Below, one piece after another: positions 45,232 through 56,660 of a stretch of 64,000 nucleotides of DNA. The notes beneath the pieces are model-generated. The model did not search any database. It was not told where the DNA came from and saw only the letters and a list, made by a program, of their open reading frames with translations. The DNA lies in IMG/VR virus record IMGVR_UViG_3300047094_001965; one strand, 5' to 3'. The translations under genes were made by a program, and so were the position numbers. The DNA comes from an uncultured virus (IMG/VR IMGVR_UViG_3300047094_001965). Taxonomy: Duplodnaviria; Heunggongvirae; Uroviricota; Caudoviricetes. The first letter of the stretch is position 1. The number at the start of each line of letters is the position of its first letter.

Positions 45232-47288
45232 TATCCTTTCACTTTATAAGTTCGTAATACGTCTGATATTTCTGTCATCTTACCCCGGTTAGGGTTGACC
45301 ACCTTCCGCATATTTGCCACTAAGGTCCAACCTGCACCCATAACTTCGTCATATTTTTCGGTTTCCGCTATATTAAAGTCAAGCCAACTGTCTATAAGCT
45401 CATCGAAATACACAATGTCAATCTTGCTTTCAATGTATTCCTCGGTGAGTTCAGAAAGTATTTGTTTGTTCTCCGGAGTAGATGGAATACCAGGCTCGTT
45501 GTATGCAGGCAACTGGATCAAGAAGTTTCCGTACCCTCTGGCTTGGAAGTAGCTTTTTAATGAACCCGCTTTGTTGTATTCTATCAACAAGCCACAGCCG
45601 AAATACCGGCATTGAAGGATCATGTCCTCGTGCATCATAGCACTTGTAGGCTGCCGGTAAATGTACTGGCATACAAAGGATCCGTTATACAGGGGATCGT
45701 TCTCCATGATATCATAGCGCTTCAGCACGTAGCTGGCCGCATTCGATCTCCGGTTTGTGTTCTGTACAGCGTCTTGCTGGAATGGATCGAGACCGGAGAT
45801 AAAGGAAAACTCGTTTTTAGGATACCACAACCCACCCCTGTTAACCACATTGTTGGACTTCGCTGAATCACTGAATATCCAGCATATCTTCCAGCGGCCA
45901 TTTTTATTGGGCTCCCACACTACATGGCTATCCCTTACGCCATCCTTCCACACGAAGTTGCCCCGCTGGTTGTAGTTCTCCATCATGCTCAGTTCTTCCC
46001 GGCGCCGGTTCAGCTTGGTAGCATTGTACATACACTGGCCAGCGTCCCGCCAGAAGGCGTGGCGGATAGTAGGCGGATTCTTGCGCACGTGAGAGGCCCA
46101 TGCCACGGGATCGTTGATGATGGCAGCCAGCTGGTTTTCAAGTATCTTCTTGTTCTTTTCCTCATCGGTGTACCCGTATTTATCCACCTTACCTGTCCGG
46201 AAGCCGGGTATAAAGTACCTGTACAGGCCTGTTATCGTCTGGTTGTTGCCATCCCTTTTTGCAGGGTTGCTATTCTTCCATACGCTTTCAAACTTGGAAC
46301 CAGCGCTGGCCATGTCCTCTACGGTAGTGGTGTATAAGTGCTTACCCTGGAATTCATGATCCACGTCAGTAGTGTACCGCACAACCCTTTGGCGTTCCTC
46401 GATATCAAACTTCTTATCCAATTTACCGGACTCATCCGACACATACCGCTGTAGCCTGGGACCATCATAGGCCTTATCCAAGGCGTTCTTGAAATCGATA
46501 AACGAGTTCAGCGCCTTTACATTGGAGCGCTGCATTGCCGTCTTACCACGGCGAGAGGATTTTTTAAAGTACAACCCTTTCTCTGGGCGGTCACCTTTGG
46601 TAGTATCGTATATGGGACGAAAGAATTCCGGCAGTTCTGTCCATGGCTGCATGACAGCCTTGATATACATTTCAACAGCGTCATCGTCCGTCTTACTTTG
46701 AACACCGCCGTGTGTGTCGGATGAACGGGAAATGTATTCATACAAAAAGCATCCGGCGCGGTACGTTTTTCCATTTTTTCTTTTCGTCACCTCAACCAAT
46801 CCGAGACAGTCCGGATCTTCGATACAATACCCGAGGATATAAAAACTATCCCGGTCAACTATCCTGAAATTGGGATAACCAATGTCGATCTTCCACCAGT
46901 TCATGTAGAAGTAGTGGAGGCCGTATATATAGATCAGTTCGCTTTTACCTTTCTTCGGGTTGTAGTTCCACATCCACACACCACACAACCTGCGGCGCCA
47001 TTCCCTGTCCCTGATCTCATCCAGTTCTTCATCGCTGTAGTCCGGATCCTCTTTCTGTTTATGGGCTTCCTCATCGATCCTGTCATCCCACCAGTCCGGA
47101 AGTTCGGTACGTTGCCAGTATTGTTCCTCAGGGATATCTGACCGGCTTATGGTATCTGTTTGTTCAAGCTGGCCAGTGGCTACATTGACACCGTAGCCCA
47201 CCGGAGGCAACTGTATGGCGTACATATAGTTGTCCTCATCGTAGCTATTCAGCATTAACGTACTTCCACCGGGTACTTTCTTAAACAT
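45231..47288 (-). CDS. terL: terminase large subunit
   Basis: TKRKNGKT Walker A, VSDESGK Walker B, SGLDPF nuclease, IEYNK, KYDEVM. Confidence 0.93.
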   Translation of the reverse strand: MFKKVPGGSTLMLNSYDEDNYMYAIQLPPVGYGVNVATGQLEQTDTISRSDIPEEQYWQRTELPDWWDDRIDEEAHKQKEDPDYSDEELDEIRDREWRRRLCGVWMWNYNPKKGKSELIYIYGLHYFYMNWWKIDIGYPNFRIVDRDSFYILGYCIEDPDCLGLVEVTKRKNGKTYRAGCFLYEYISRSSDTHGGVQSKTDDDAVEMYIKAVMQPWTELPEFFRPIYDTTKGDRPEKGLYFKKSSRRGKTAMQRSNVKALNSFIDFKNALDKAYDGPRLQRYVSDESGKLDKKFDIEERQRVVRYTTDVDHEFQGKHLYTTTVEDMASAGSKFESVWKNSNPAKRDGNNQTITGLYRYFIPGFRTGKVDKYGYTDEEKNKKILENQLAAIINDPVAWASHVRKNPPTIRHAFWRDAGQCMYNATKLNRRREELSMMENYNQRGNFVWKDGVRDSHVVWEPNKNGRWKICWIFSDSAKSNNVVNRGGLWYPKNEFSFISGLDPFQQDAVQNTNRRSNAASYVLKRYDIMENDPLYNGSFVCQYIYRQPTSAMMHEDMILQCRYFGCGLLIEYNKAGSLKSYFQARGYGNFLIQLPAYNEPGIPSTPENKQILSELTEEYIESKIDIVYFDELIDSWLDFNIAETEKYDEVMGAGWTLVANMRKVVNPNRGKMTEISDVLRTYKVKG

Positions 47289-47931
47289 TCTTCTTCACTT
47301 TAGCCCATTTCTCTGGGGTATTTCGTTTAGTCCTAACTGCACTCACAGCCTGTTTTAACTTATCGTCATTGCCAAAGAACTTCGTCCTGGCAGCTTCAAG
47401 CCTACTCTGTAACTCGGTCAATTCCTCTCCCATCTTCGCCTTGATTATACTGTCATCATCATCCTTGTCATACCTGACCATGCGATGGAAAAACTCCCAG
47501 TACACGGCCTCGTTGGCAACCATAGTGGCATACGATATCGGGGCACCACATTCCTTTAGGTAATTCACCACGAGATCGGGAATAAACCTTTCCCTATCGC
47601 TCATCTCATAAAGCAGGTGAAGGTCCTCGTCCGGAGCAAACCCCGCTACTGCAGCGGCATACTTTTGCCTGGATGGCAAAGCCTGGTGTGCGGCGATAAG
47701 TGGAGACAAAGGATCGTAAAGGGCGATGACATAGCGCAGGATGTTTACTTTCTTTTCTTCAAAATTCATCTCAGGTTCTATGATCTGGCCGGGATCATCT
47801 TCGTCTTTTGGCTCTGTCCTTTCGATCTGGGGGATGGGAGGAAATAAGCCTTCCAGATGAGGGTAGTCATCCAGAAGGCTTTCATTCATCGGATTGAACA
47901 TCATGTGCTCAAACGATTGTTGGTTGTACAT
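47281..47931 (-). CDS. putative terminase small subunit
   Basis: position directly upstream of TerL; YDPLSP motif. Confidence 0.55.
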   Translation of the reverse strand: MYNQQSFEHMMFNPMNESLLDDYPHLEGLFPPIPQIERTEPKDEDDPGQIIEPEMNFEEKKVNILRYVIALYDPLSPLIAAHQALPSRQKYAAAVAGFAPDEDLHLLYEMSDRERFIPDLVVNYLKECGAPISYATMVANEAVYWEFFHRMVRYDKDDDDSIIKAKMGEELTELQSRLEAARTKFFGNDDKLKQAVSAVRTKRNTPEKWAKVKKNV

Positions 47932-47956
47932 CGTAAAGTTACATTTTGTAACTAAA

Positions 47957-48199
47957 TTAACTATTATCTGACAAATTTGAGGGCTTCAACATCTTCTCTA
48001 AGGCATTTTGGGCTTTTAGAATCACCTTGAACGCCTTACTCATAACCTTAATCTTGTCCTCCATCAAAGCCTCGTAAACGCTATCGTCCAGATCATACAC
48101 AGATATCAATATTTGAATTTGATTATTGATAATCTGTATAGGTAGTGGCTGAGAACTATCCTGCTCAATTTCGTCCGGCTTTTCAACTTCTTCTTCCAT
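47957..48199 (-). CDS. hypothetical protein
   Basis: co-oriented ORF. Confidence 0.6.
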   Translation of the reverse strand: MEEEVEKPDEIEQDSSQPLPIQIINNQIQILISVYDLDDSVYEALMEDKIKVMSKAFKVILKAQNALEKMLKPSNLSDNS

Positions 48200-48311
48200 G
48201 TCGAATATTTAAGGAATTTTCACCATTATCAAAAGTTCATGTCGAAAGCATAACAATTACAATCCTCATGATAGCCCGCCATAAGTCATAAAATAAATCA
48301 CTTTTGGCGGA

Positions 48312-49202
48312 CTATCTCGCTTGCAAAAAATCAACTTGCAAAAATGTCTTGATGCCTTTCCCGTGCCTGGTTACCTTAACCCTCATCCACATACCGCCAA
48401 TAGGCTTGGGGGGCTTTCCGGTTTCAATATGCCAGCCACCATATCCGTCCTTGTATTCGTTTTTATATGTGGGAAGCCTTACGTGGTACTGTGTCCTTTG
48501 ATACAGTACGCCTTTTTGGTTCATTCTTATCTGCTCAATTGGGAAAACGTAATTTTCATGAATGTGGCCAGAGATAATAACATCTGGATCCGGATTATAA
48601 ACTGCTTGCCTCTGGCTTTGAATAACCCCTTTTGTTACCGGACCGCCGCCGCCCCATCCGTGATTATAGTGAAGTAGCAGGGAATTTCGACTACCACCAG
48701 CTTGACCCTCATACGAAAGTCTTATGTATCCGGTATATCCGCCTAAAAAAACTTTGTGTTCTTTTTTATAGTTCAGGCGCTCTACAAACCTCTCAGAGAT
48801 GTTGGTCTCATGATATTTGAGTATGGATGTCTCATGATTGCCTTGGCCGATTACGGCAAACAAGTCTTGGTAAGGCTCAAAAAAATCTGCCCCGGTTTCC
48901 ACCACCGAATCAAGATAATTTGTTTTTTGATGTTCAGGGCGGACCTTGCTTTTATCGCTTCGCTTATCGTACTTGCCCTGCATTAAGCAGAAGAAATCAC
49001 CAACATCAATCACCATGGCATTGCGCTCCCTTGCCTCTTTCAGGTGCTTTATTTGCAGATCCCAGTCGCTGTCTGGGTTGTCCCAGTGGCGGTCAGCTGT
49101 TAATAGATACCAAAATTCTTCCCCGCTTTTGTAGACATGATTAATGTCATGTACGTTTCGACTAATTTCCCTTAACTTTCTGGCAAATGCTCGCTTATTC
49201 AT
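48312..49202 (-). CDS. calcineurin-like metallophosphoesterase
   Basis: ADRH, VGD, GNHE, HGWGG, GHIH. Confidence 0.9.
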   Translation of the reverse strand: MNKRAFARKLREISRNVHDINHVYKSGEEFWYLLTADRHWDNPDSDWDLQIKHLKEARERNAMVIDVGDFFCLMQGKYDKRSDKSKVRPEHQKTNYLDSVVETGADFFEPYQDLFAVIGQGNHETSILKYHETNISERFVERLNYKKEHKVFLGGYTGYIRLSYEGQAGGSRNSLLLHYNHGWGGGGPVTKGVIQSQRQAVYNPDPDVIISGHIHENYVFPIEQIRMNQKGVLYQRTQYHVRLPTYKNEYKDGYGGWHIETGKPPKPIGGMWMRVKVTRHGKGIKTFLQVDFLQAR

Positions 49203-49204
49203 AG

Positions 49205-52200
49205 TTAATTTTGAGTAAGTTCATAGTACGCTTCTTCCCTGGCCTTCCGCTTCTCTGCATCAATCATTTTCTTGATCTCGATAATGCTCTGATCATCAAA
49301 GGCGCCTTCAGCTAACAGGTTCCGGATGTACTGCTTGCTCAGTTGGCCAGCCCTCTTAGTATAATCGTAATACTGCTGGTCAGTCATCGGCATAGCGGTC
49401 CCCGTGTTATAATCAATCACCTCTTTTCTTTCCGGCAGGCCCACCCATATCTTGCGCTTCGCCAAGAAGTCATTAACGGGATCCTCGTCCAGTTCAAATT
49501 CTATACGGTAAGGCTTCCACGATAATGTTTGTTCAGGCACAACCGGCTCGCCCCATACGTCTATGATCGGGTTCAGGTTGTCATTCAGGTATGGAATATC
49601 CCTGTATATCTTCTCGATACCGGCAGCCCTTTTAATAGGCTCGTCCATGGCTTCCCGGATAACCCTGATGTTCTGCGATGTGAAGTTGGTCATGGCCAAA
49701 GACCTCAGGATGCCTATGCCTGCGTCAGTAATCTTGCCGCCAAAATTCTGCGTACGGCCGTACTTATCTACGCCCTTTGTGGCTGTCACCAGTTCATCAA
49801 GACCACTCATCCACGACTGGTCAAACATGGCGCTCACCATACCCATGGCAGCCACATTGTATTTCTCCAAAACAGTGGCATCGTTAGGATCGCCATTACC
49901 AAACTTATAGTGATCACTTGCCGTACCAATAGCGGCCAGCATAGCGAACAGTGGCGAATCTTTGTATGAGATAGCGGTTCCGCCAATACGGATAGAGTAT
50001 TCGCGCCAGCCAGACTTTTGCAGTTCATAGTTACGCTGGTAGTCACCGGTTCCCGCAGCACTAATCTCGATGATACCGTCATCATCATCATCAAAGGCTC
50101 CCAGCAACCAAGTTGCCATTGCCGTTGTCATTCCGATGCCAAACTTCACATAGAGTTCTGCACGCTGATCGGGAGTGAGCTTCTTGAAATATTTGGAGTC
50201 TGCTTCACGTTTACCAGCGACAGCCTTTACCAGACCAACCGGAGTGTAGTTCAAATAGTTCTCCATAAGGTTGGTAACGATACGCATGAACGGCATAAAG
50301 AACCTCACCGACCTGTGTGCATTGGTCAACTGTGTAACACTTCTATACCATGGTGCCAAGATGCCGTTGGGTTCGTGATTAAATGTAACCTTCGCGCCGT
50401 ACTGATCTCCGACATCGAGAATATCTTCAGCCCTGGTGGCCAGCATGAGTTCGTTGGTTCGGATCCTGAATTCTCTGGTACGTGGTGTAAAGCCTTCGGC
50501 CTCTGCCTGCTTCTCCATGACCTCGATCTTCTCTTTCACGTTGCCCATCATCTCGTTAGCCATGGCCCGGATATCTTTGGCGGGATCCTCACTGTTGAGA
50601 ATCTTCGCCTGCTGCCATGCCATAGCGCCGCTGGCCATCTCTGCATTAGCAGTATATAGCATAGCATCGGCAGCCGCCAGTGCACGACCTACATACCTGA
50701 GCGCCTTGGGAGAAACCCCTATCCATACAGGCCAATCAAGAAACTTCCCCACCTTAGCGCCAGACAGACCCACCTTTTTTGCTGCCCAATCGACCTTGCC
50801 CTCGGCCAGATAGTCTTTCCAAGTAAACCACTCAAATAATGGAGACTGTCCAAACTTCTCCACAGTATCTTTTGTCAGGCCGGTAGCTATAATGTTTGCT
50901 GCTTCACTTGCCCCCTTTCCTAATCCATCCCACCAAGCCCTGATCATGAAGGGGAGGATACGGATATCCTTTGTCTGGGCAACCCTACGGAGGCCCAAGT
51001 TCATGAATTCAATCAAAGTATTACCAAGGTTGGCAAATGTGTTCTTTGCATGAGTACCGATACCGGCAAGGATATGGCTGTACCATATCGCCTGTACGAT
51101 ATCAAGCCCTGATGTGTTATGGATATCCAGCAATGCCAGCTGGCGCGTCAGTTCCTTAACTTTCTTCGCCCTGGGCAATCCCTCAGGGGTATCGTCAATC
51201 TCGTCCGCAAGTTCCATGATCTGACGGCGAACCTCGGGATCAATCATAGGTTCTTCCTCTACCGGCACATCTTCTTCTTCCACTGGCGCCGTGGCTTCGG
51301 GAACCGGTGCATTAGGATCTGGGGCTGGCGCATTGGGATCAATGGGCGGTGTAGCTGCTGGATCTTTCTTCACCTTTTTCTTACCACGCATCCTGCGTTC
51401 TACCTCGTCCATGATCTTTTCAGCCATACCGGATACAAGGCTTGGCGCAATCTCGGAAAACACCCGGAACGCCTGTACGGCCTGGCCAAATTCGGTACCC
51501 ATAGGTGCGATAACGGCCATAAGGTCAGCACCACGTTGTGCATATTCTTTAGCGCCGGCAAAGTCCATTTTCATCTTGGCCGCCTTCGCCTTTTTATTCA
51601 TAGCCTTTACAGCCGCAGCATAGACAAATACCTTTGTCCGACCTGGCAACTTGTTAAGGTCCTGCTGTGCTTCCATAGTAAGCAGCCACGAATACATTTC
51701 ATCTGCATCGTACTGATCCATGAACCTGTCTGCCTCTGCCTGCGTCTGCTTATTGCTGATCTGGAAATACTTCTTTGTCTGGTCCGTCAACCGTGTGCGA
51801 ATAGCGGGATCGATCCCCGGCGCAATGCGTACAGGCAGTTTCCTCGCTTTCTCCCCTTCCTCCAAATTGCCAACAAAGTTTTTGCGGATCTCACCCGGAG
51901 TTTCATATGTCCGCTCTGCCTGAGCTTGGACCATCATTGCATCCACTTCCTCAGGAGTCATGCCGGTTTTCTCTACCAGCATATCCCTTAACTTGGTAGC
52001 ATTAACGCCTCGCTTCAGTTTGATCCTGATAAAGTCCTTCACGATATCTGCGGGGTACTTCTGCTTCATAGAAGCCAGCACACCGCCATCCTGACCAGTA
52101 TTATTCGGACGGACAATCTTCTCTGTCAGGGACATTATGTAGTCCGCCAGGTTGGTAGCATCGATCTCAGTCTTTGCATCTTCCAGTTTCCTGTATGCGT

Positions 52201-55200
52201 TCTGGAAGAACTTAACAATAGCCAGGTATATCCTGCGGAGCAGGTTGTCTCCCTTGTATTCTATGCCACGGAGGTAGTTGGAAAATTCCGGATTGGAAAA
52301 CACTTCAGCCACCATCTCGTATGCATTGGTAGCGCCATACTTCCCATCCTCGATAAGGCCCATCCCCTGCATGGTAGCTATCAACGCCTCGGTATCAGGC
52401 AGGCCCATAGCTTCCCGGATATCCGATAACAACGTATCAAGTTCTTCCTTAAATGCGGGATTGTTGGATATCTCGTACCTGGTTGCGGCATGGATATACT
52501 CGTGCAGAAGGGTCCGCATCATCGTTTCCTCGTCAAGGATAGCATCGAAGTTAAGGGTAATGGTTCCGTCAGGATAAGACAGACCGTAAGCCTGTGTTAA
52601 CCTGCCTGTATATTCACCAGGCCTTGCGGGTACCACCTTTACATTAGGGTTGGCAGCAAGGATAGGACGGATAAACTCTATAGCCCTTTGTGCATCCGCA
52701 TCTTCCGGAAGCGCATCCGCTATGGCATCCAGCGCGGCATCGTTGTTAGAAACCTCTTTGAAAAACAGTTTACCTACGTTGCTACCCATCTTTGCCATAG
52801 GCTCCGCAAACATATCTGGGTTGGCGGCATTATCCTGTACAGACTTCTGCCTGGCCAGTTCATCCATTTCCGCCTTGGCTTCTTTAACTTCTTGGCGCAA
52901 GGGATCGAGAACGGCCTTGCTATCTTCAGCACTGGCAGCAAACATACCAGCCTGCTGGCCGGTGCCGAATATATCGCTCTGCTTGCCTTGTTCTTTAGCC
53001 AGTTTCGCACTGGCGGTTTCCAGCTTATAAACAGCCTGATCATACCGGGACTTAGCTTCTTTCAGCCTTGTATCGATATCTGCTGCAGGTGCATTCTCTG
53101 CAATGAAGGCATCAAAATCCTCGGCCAGATTTACCTCATCTTCTGTAGCGTCTGGTTCAGGAGTTTCTCGTAGGTCCGTTTCAGGATCCTCGCCTTCATC
53201 CGCTCGTTCATCGAACCGAATATCTTCTTCAGGTTCTTGTTGCTGTTGATTCTCGCTTGGAGTTTGGCTGTCTTGCTCATTTGTTATGTTGTTTTCTGCG
53301 ATAAATGCTTCCAGATCAGCGACATCAAAGCCGCCATTTTTAACTTCTTCGTCAATAGCCTGCATGACGGACGCCGTGATATCCTCATCGGATATGCTGT
53401 CAAAGTCATCGTCCAGTTTCTTTTCGGCTTCCTTCAATTTCTCAGGGCCAACATACTGTTTGAAGGCCATGTCTGCTACCTGATCGGTAAGAGGAATACC
53501 GGTGATCTTTTCAAACTTCTGCCTGGCAATAGTCTGTGCTTCACCTTCTTGTTCTTTAAGGGCTTGTGCTACGCCACCAGGGTAGGTATCCATGAAGGTA
53601 ATGATATCCTGCGGAGTAATATCCATGCCAGTCTCATCACTAATTTCCTTGGCAAGGGTATCGATAGGCAATCCGTCTTTACGGATATATTTCAGCCTCT
53701 TACCGGCCTCCATATTGTTGGGATCTCCAAACCTTTTATAGCTCTGGCTGGTAACCAGAACCCCCCGGTTGACAATAGCGAGTTCCTTTTCACTTAGGGC
53801 ATTGCCTTTGGTAGGTGCACTGCGATATACGGAAACGAGTTCTGCCGGGTTGTTGGAGTTCTCCGCCATCCAAGCATACATATCGTCTTGGTTGCTACCA
53901 AAATCAGGCGCATTATCTGTTGGGGCCTTTTCACCTACATCGTATTTGTAGTTCTTCGCATGGGCAGTAAGGGCCTTTTTAGCTTCCGGGCTTTCCGGAT
54001 TAATAGGCTTGCCATTTTTTGCAACAACGATGCGAATTCCCTTTTCGTCATATTTGACGTTGTGGGTTTTACCTTTGAAAGTTTGGCGGGCAGGATTGTC
54101 AGAAGCTGGCGACTTCTCAGCAATAGTCGCCGGCTTCACTGACTCGGTTTTAGGCGGTGTGCTAACTAACACATCTTCTTGCCTTTCTTCTTGCCTTTTG
54201 CCATCGCTTTCGGTTTTATTGGTGATTGTAATATCCTCCATTGCTTGGAACGCCCTGGCATACTCCATGCCATTGACGTACTGTTGGGCCAGTCTGTGCA
54301 TACCATCGATAACCTTCGTGCCATCCACCACGGCAGGCATACGCATATCCTGAGGGTTTGAATTTTTGATCCTCGCCTTTATTTCCGGATCCACCTCTTT
54401 CTTCGTCTCTCCCTCTGCCGCCTTTGTAGGGTTGATCGATTCTTTATACTGATCAACAAGGCCAGCAAACTTCTTATTGGACTCGTAAAGCTCATCCAAG
54501 TTCACCATTCCCATGGAGTAGTCTTTTTTTGCAAACTCCAATGCACGGGCTTCAGTAATGGGCTTGCCTTTGTCCGGAATCTGGCCCATGATCTCCGCCA
54601 GTTTATCGCCGGTGATCACTTCCCCCTGTTTCGGAATACCCATCTTCGCATCCTGAGTATCGCTATCGAGTTCCTTTTGACCTTCCTGTACAGCCTTGGT
54701 AACAGTAGCCTGTAATGTAGGGTTGTCCTGCACTTGCTGAGGTATCTGATCCAGCCTGGCCTTGGTACGGTCATTCCATGCAAGGCGTGCAGCCTGATCT
54801 TCACTGTAACCAGCTGCTTTGTTTTCCGCATACAGTTTGGCGAAGGTTTCTACCTCCCCATATATGCGACCAGCATCTTCTTCAGCAATACTTCCATCTT
54901 CAATTCTCGATTGCAGAAGGTTGGTAAAATTCTCGAGATTTTCAGACGCCGTAACATACGCACCCACCTTCATTTTAGAAGGCCTGGTTTCACTCATGAT
55001 ACCTGGTGTAGACATGGCACCTGTGGCCAGCGTTGTCAACAACACAGTTTCCAGAATCTCATCTTTGGTGATACCGGTATCCTGAAAGTCTGCACCGGTT
55101 TCCGCTTTATTGTACAGCCACTTCAATCCCTTTTCAGCACCAGTCTGTACGAGTTCCTGCAAGTTTTCCGCGCCAATCTCTTTCGCGTAGGCACCAGCGA

Positions 55201-56326
55201 CTTCCTTGAATATCTGGGAACGACTTGTTTTATCTGTGATCCGCTTCAATATCTCCCCAGTCACCTTAGACTTCACCTTACCAAATACGACATCGTTGGG
55301 AGAGATCAATTCAAGTGCAGCCTGGATAGTAGAATTGATGCCAGCAAACGCATCTGCCTGTTCACTATTAAGCCCTGCATTCAATGCATCCTCACGGCCA
55401 CCTTCGTATGTATTCAGGTATCCAGAGGCCATAAGACCTGCAGAACCACCACCAAGAACACCAGCACCTCCAAGGAGATAGGCCATGTTCGTCAACGTCT
55501 CCACGGTCCGGGGAACAATAGCGGCCGCTTTAATCTTGCCATCATTGAATATGCCACCTTGCTGCTTTATAGGTTCGGTAAGAAAAGCACCACCAGCCCT
55601 TTTAGCTGCATTCTCGCTTTGGTTCCTGCGCCACCATGCTTTTACATTGTCAGCTTTCTGACCAGCGGCTACAGATATACCTTCATCTCCGGTAATAAAT
55701 TCAGCCACATTACCCAGGTTCCTGATTAGGCCGGCAGAGATATCGCCAGAGGCTTTCTGTGCCGTAGAAAAGATGGGAGCCACAATTTGTTGGTACATGG
55801 CATATGCAGGATCGACTTCTGCTCTGGCTGAACTGAGAGCCGTATTAACCTTGGTATTGACTTCTTCCTCCGATGCCTTCCTTTCTTTCAGGGCTTTCAT
55901 AGTCTTGCCCATATTGCTGGCAGCAAAATTTTCCTGGAACATCTTATCTACCCTGGCTTTCTTGCTCATTAAATCGATGTCCTCGGCAATGGGCTTTAAC
56001 TTGTTGTCGGCAGCGTTATCCGTAGCCCGGTTAACCTTGCTCATTTCCTTCAAGCCTTTCATCTGGTTTGCCAGATCGACTTCCTGCTTTGTAGGTGTGA
56101 CGGGGACGGGCTTGGGCTTGGGCTTGTTGCGTTCCGAATTGATATTGAATATGGTTGGATATGCAGTTCTGGCCGCATCTTCTGAGTCTGAGGTGCGGAG
56201 ATAGTTGTAGCCGCGAATTTCCTTCAGAATAGAAGGATTGCCACCCAAGTTGTATTTCTTCAGGATGTCAGATTCTTTGACACCAGACTTGATATCACCA
56301 ACAACATCCGTAATCCAGTCGCCCAT
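49205..56326 (-). CDS. giant internal virion/ejection (polyvalent-type) protein
   Basis: 2373 aa; zincin LLHEYIH...EMVAE; ParB-like VIDGMHRL; helical C-terminus with PFMR..N motif. Confidence 0.8.
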   Translation of the reverse strand: MGDWITDVVGDIKSGVKESDILKKYNLGGNPSILKEIRGYNYLRTSDSEDAARTAYPTIFNINSERNKPKPKPVPVTPTKQEVDLANQMKGLKEMSKVNRATDNAADNKLKPIAEDIDLMSKKARVDKMFQENFAASNMGKTMKALKERKASEEEVNTKVNTALSSARAEVDPAYAMYQQIVAPIFSTAQKASGDISAGLIRNLGNVAEFITGDEGISVAAGQKADNVKAWWRRNQSENAAKRAGGAFLTEPIKQQGGIFNDGKIKAAAIVPRTVETLTNMAYLLGGAGVLGGGSAGLMASGYLNTYEGGREDALNAGLNSEQADAFAGINSTIQAALELISPNDVVFGKVKSKVTGEILKRITDKTSRSQIFKEVAGAYAKEIGAENLQELVQTGAEKGLKWLYNKAETGADFQDTGITKDEILETVLLTTLATGAMSTPGIMSETRPSKMKVGAYVTASENLENFTNLLQSRIEDGSIAEEDAGRIYGEVETFAKLYAENKAAGYSEDQAARLAWNDRTKARLDQIPQQVQDNPTLQATVTKAVQEGQKELDSDTQDAKMGIPKQGEVITGDKLAEIMGQIPDKGKPITEARALEFAKKDYSMGMVNLDELYESNKKFAGLVDQYKESINPTKAAEGETKKEVDPEIKARIKNSNPQDMRMPAVVDGTKVIDGMHRLAQQYVNGMEYARAFQAMEDITITNKTESDGKRQEERQEDVLVSTPPKTESVKPATIAEKSPASDNPARQTFKGKTHNVKYDEKGIRIVVAKNGKPINPESPEAKKALTAHAKNYKYDVGEKAPTDNAPDFGSNQDDMYAWMAENSNNPAELVSVYRSAPTKGNALSEKELAIVNRGVLVTSQSYKRFGDPNNMEAGKRLKYIRKDGLPIDTLAKEISDETGMDITPQDIITFMDTYPGGVAQALKEQEGEAQTIARQKFEKITGIPLTDQVADMAFKQYVGPEKLKEAEKKLDDDFDSISDEDITASVMQAIDEEVKNGGFDVADLEAFIAENNITNEQDSQTPSENQQQQEPEEDIRFDERADEGEDPETDLRETPEPDATEDEVNLAEDFDAFIAENAPAADIDTRLKEAKSRYDQAVYKLETASAKLAKEQGKQSDIFGTGQQAGMFAASAEDSKAVLDPLRQEVKEAKAEMDELARQKSVQDNAANPDMFAEPMAKMGSNVGKLFFKEVSNNDAALDAIADALPEDADAQRAIEFIRPILAANPNVKVVPARPGEYTGRLTQAYGLSYPDGTITLNFDAILDEETMMRTLLHEYIHAATRYEISNNPAFKEELDTLLSDIREAMGLPDTEALIATMQGMGLIEDGKYGATNAYEMVAEVFSNPEFSNYLRGIEYKGDNLLRRIYLAIVKFFQNAYRKLEDAKTEIDATNLADYIMSLTEKIVRPNNTGQDGGVLASMKQKYPADIVKDFIRIKLKRGVNATKLRDMLVEKTGMTPEEVDAMMVQAQAERTYETPGEIRKNFVGNLEEGEKARKLPVRIAPGIDPAIRTRLTDQTKKYFQISNKQTQAEADRFMDQYDADEMYSWLLTMEAQQDLNKLPGRTKVFVYAAAVKAMNKKAKAAKMKMDFAGAKEYAQRGADLMAVIAPMGTEFGQAVQAFRVFSEIAPSLVSGMAEKIMDEVERRMRGKKKVKKDPAATPPIDPNAPAPDPNAPVPEATAPVEEEDVPVEEEPMIDPEVRRQIMELADEIDDTPEGLPRAKKVKELTRQLALLDIHNTSGLDIVQAIWYSHILAGIGTHAKNTFANLGNTLIEFMNLGLRRVAQTKDIRILPFMIRAWWDGLGKGASEAANIIATGLTKDTVEKFGQSPLFEWFTWKDYLAEGKVDWAAKKVGLSGAKVGKFLDWPVWIGVSPKALRYVGRALAAADAMLYTANAEMASGAMAWQQAKILNSEDPAKDIRAMANEMMGNVKEKIEVMEKQAEAEGFTPRTREFRIRTNELMLATRAEDILDVGDQYGAKVTFNHEPNGILAPWYRSVTQLTNAHRSVRFFMPFMRIVTNLMENYLNYTPVGLVKAVAGKREADSKYFKKLTPDQRAELYVKFGIGMTTAMATWLLGAFDDDDDGIIEISAAGTGDYQRNYELQKSGWREYSIRIGGTAISYKDSPLFAMLAAIGTASDHYKFGNGDPNDATVLEKYNVAAMGMVSAMFDQSWMSGLDELVTATKGVDKYGRTQNFGGKITDAGIGILRSLAMTNFTSQNIRVIREAMDEPIKRAAGIEKIYRDIPYLNDNLNPIIDVWGEPVVPEQTLSWKPYRIEFELDEDPVNDFLAKRKIWVGLPERKEVIDYNTGTAMPMTDQQYYDYTKRAGQLSKQYIRNLLAEGAFDDQSIIEIKKMIDAEKRKAREEAYYELTQN

Positions 56327-56649
56327 TAGTTTAAATGTATTTGGTTAAAATCCGTAACCGCCAATCCAAGTATTGTTTCTCCAAAACCCCTTTCTTTAAT
56401 AATCTTTACCGCTTCATCTATAGCCTGGGGCTTACTTGTGACAATACACCCGTAATAAAGGCCGTCCTGCAATTTGTGCTTCTCAAACATCGGTAGTTCA
56501 ATCTCCGCCTGTTCCTTTGTCAAATACCCGCGTGTATTAAAAATCCGCTGGCCCCAGATCAATTCAGAGTATTCCACCTGACTCATATACTGCGCTGGAT
56601 TAAAATATGCATTCCAATTCATGGCAGGAAAGTTACATAGTGTATCCAT
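56326..56649 (-). CDS. hypothetical protein
   Basis: TAATG overlap with the giant gene. Confidence 0.6.
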   Translation of the reverse strand: MDTLCNFPAMNWNAYFNPAQYMSQVEYSELIWGQRIFNTRGYLTKEQAEIELPMFEKHKLQDGLYYGCIVTSKPQAIDEAVKIIKERGFGETILGLAVTDFNQIHLN

Positions 56650-56660
56650 GAAATTCTATT

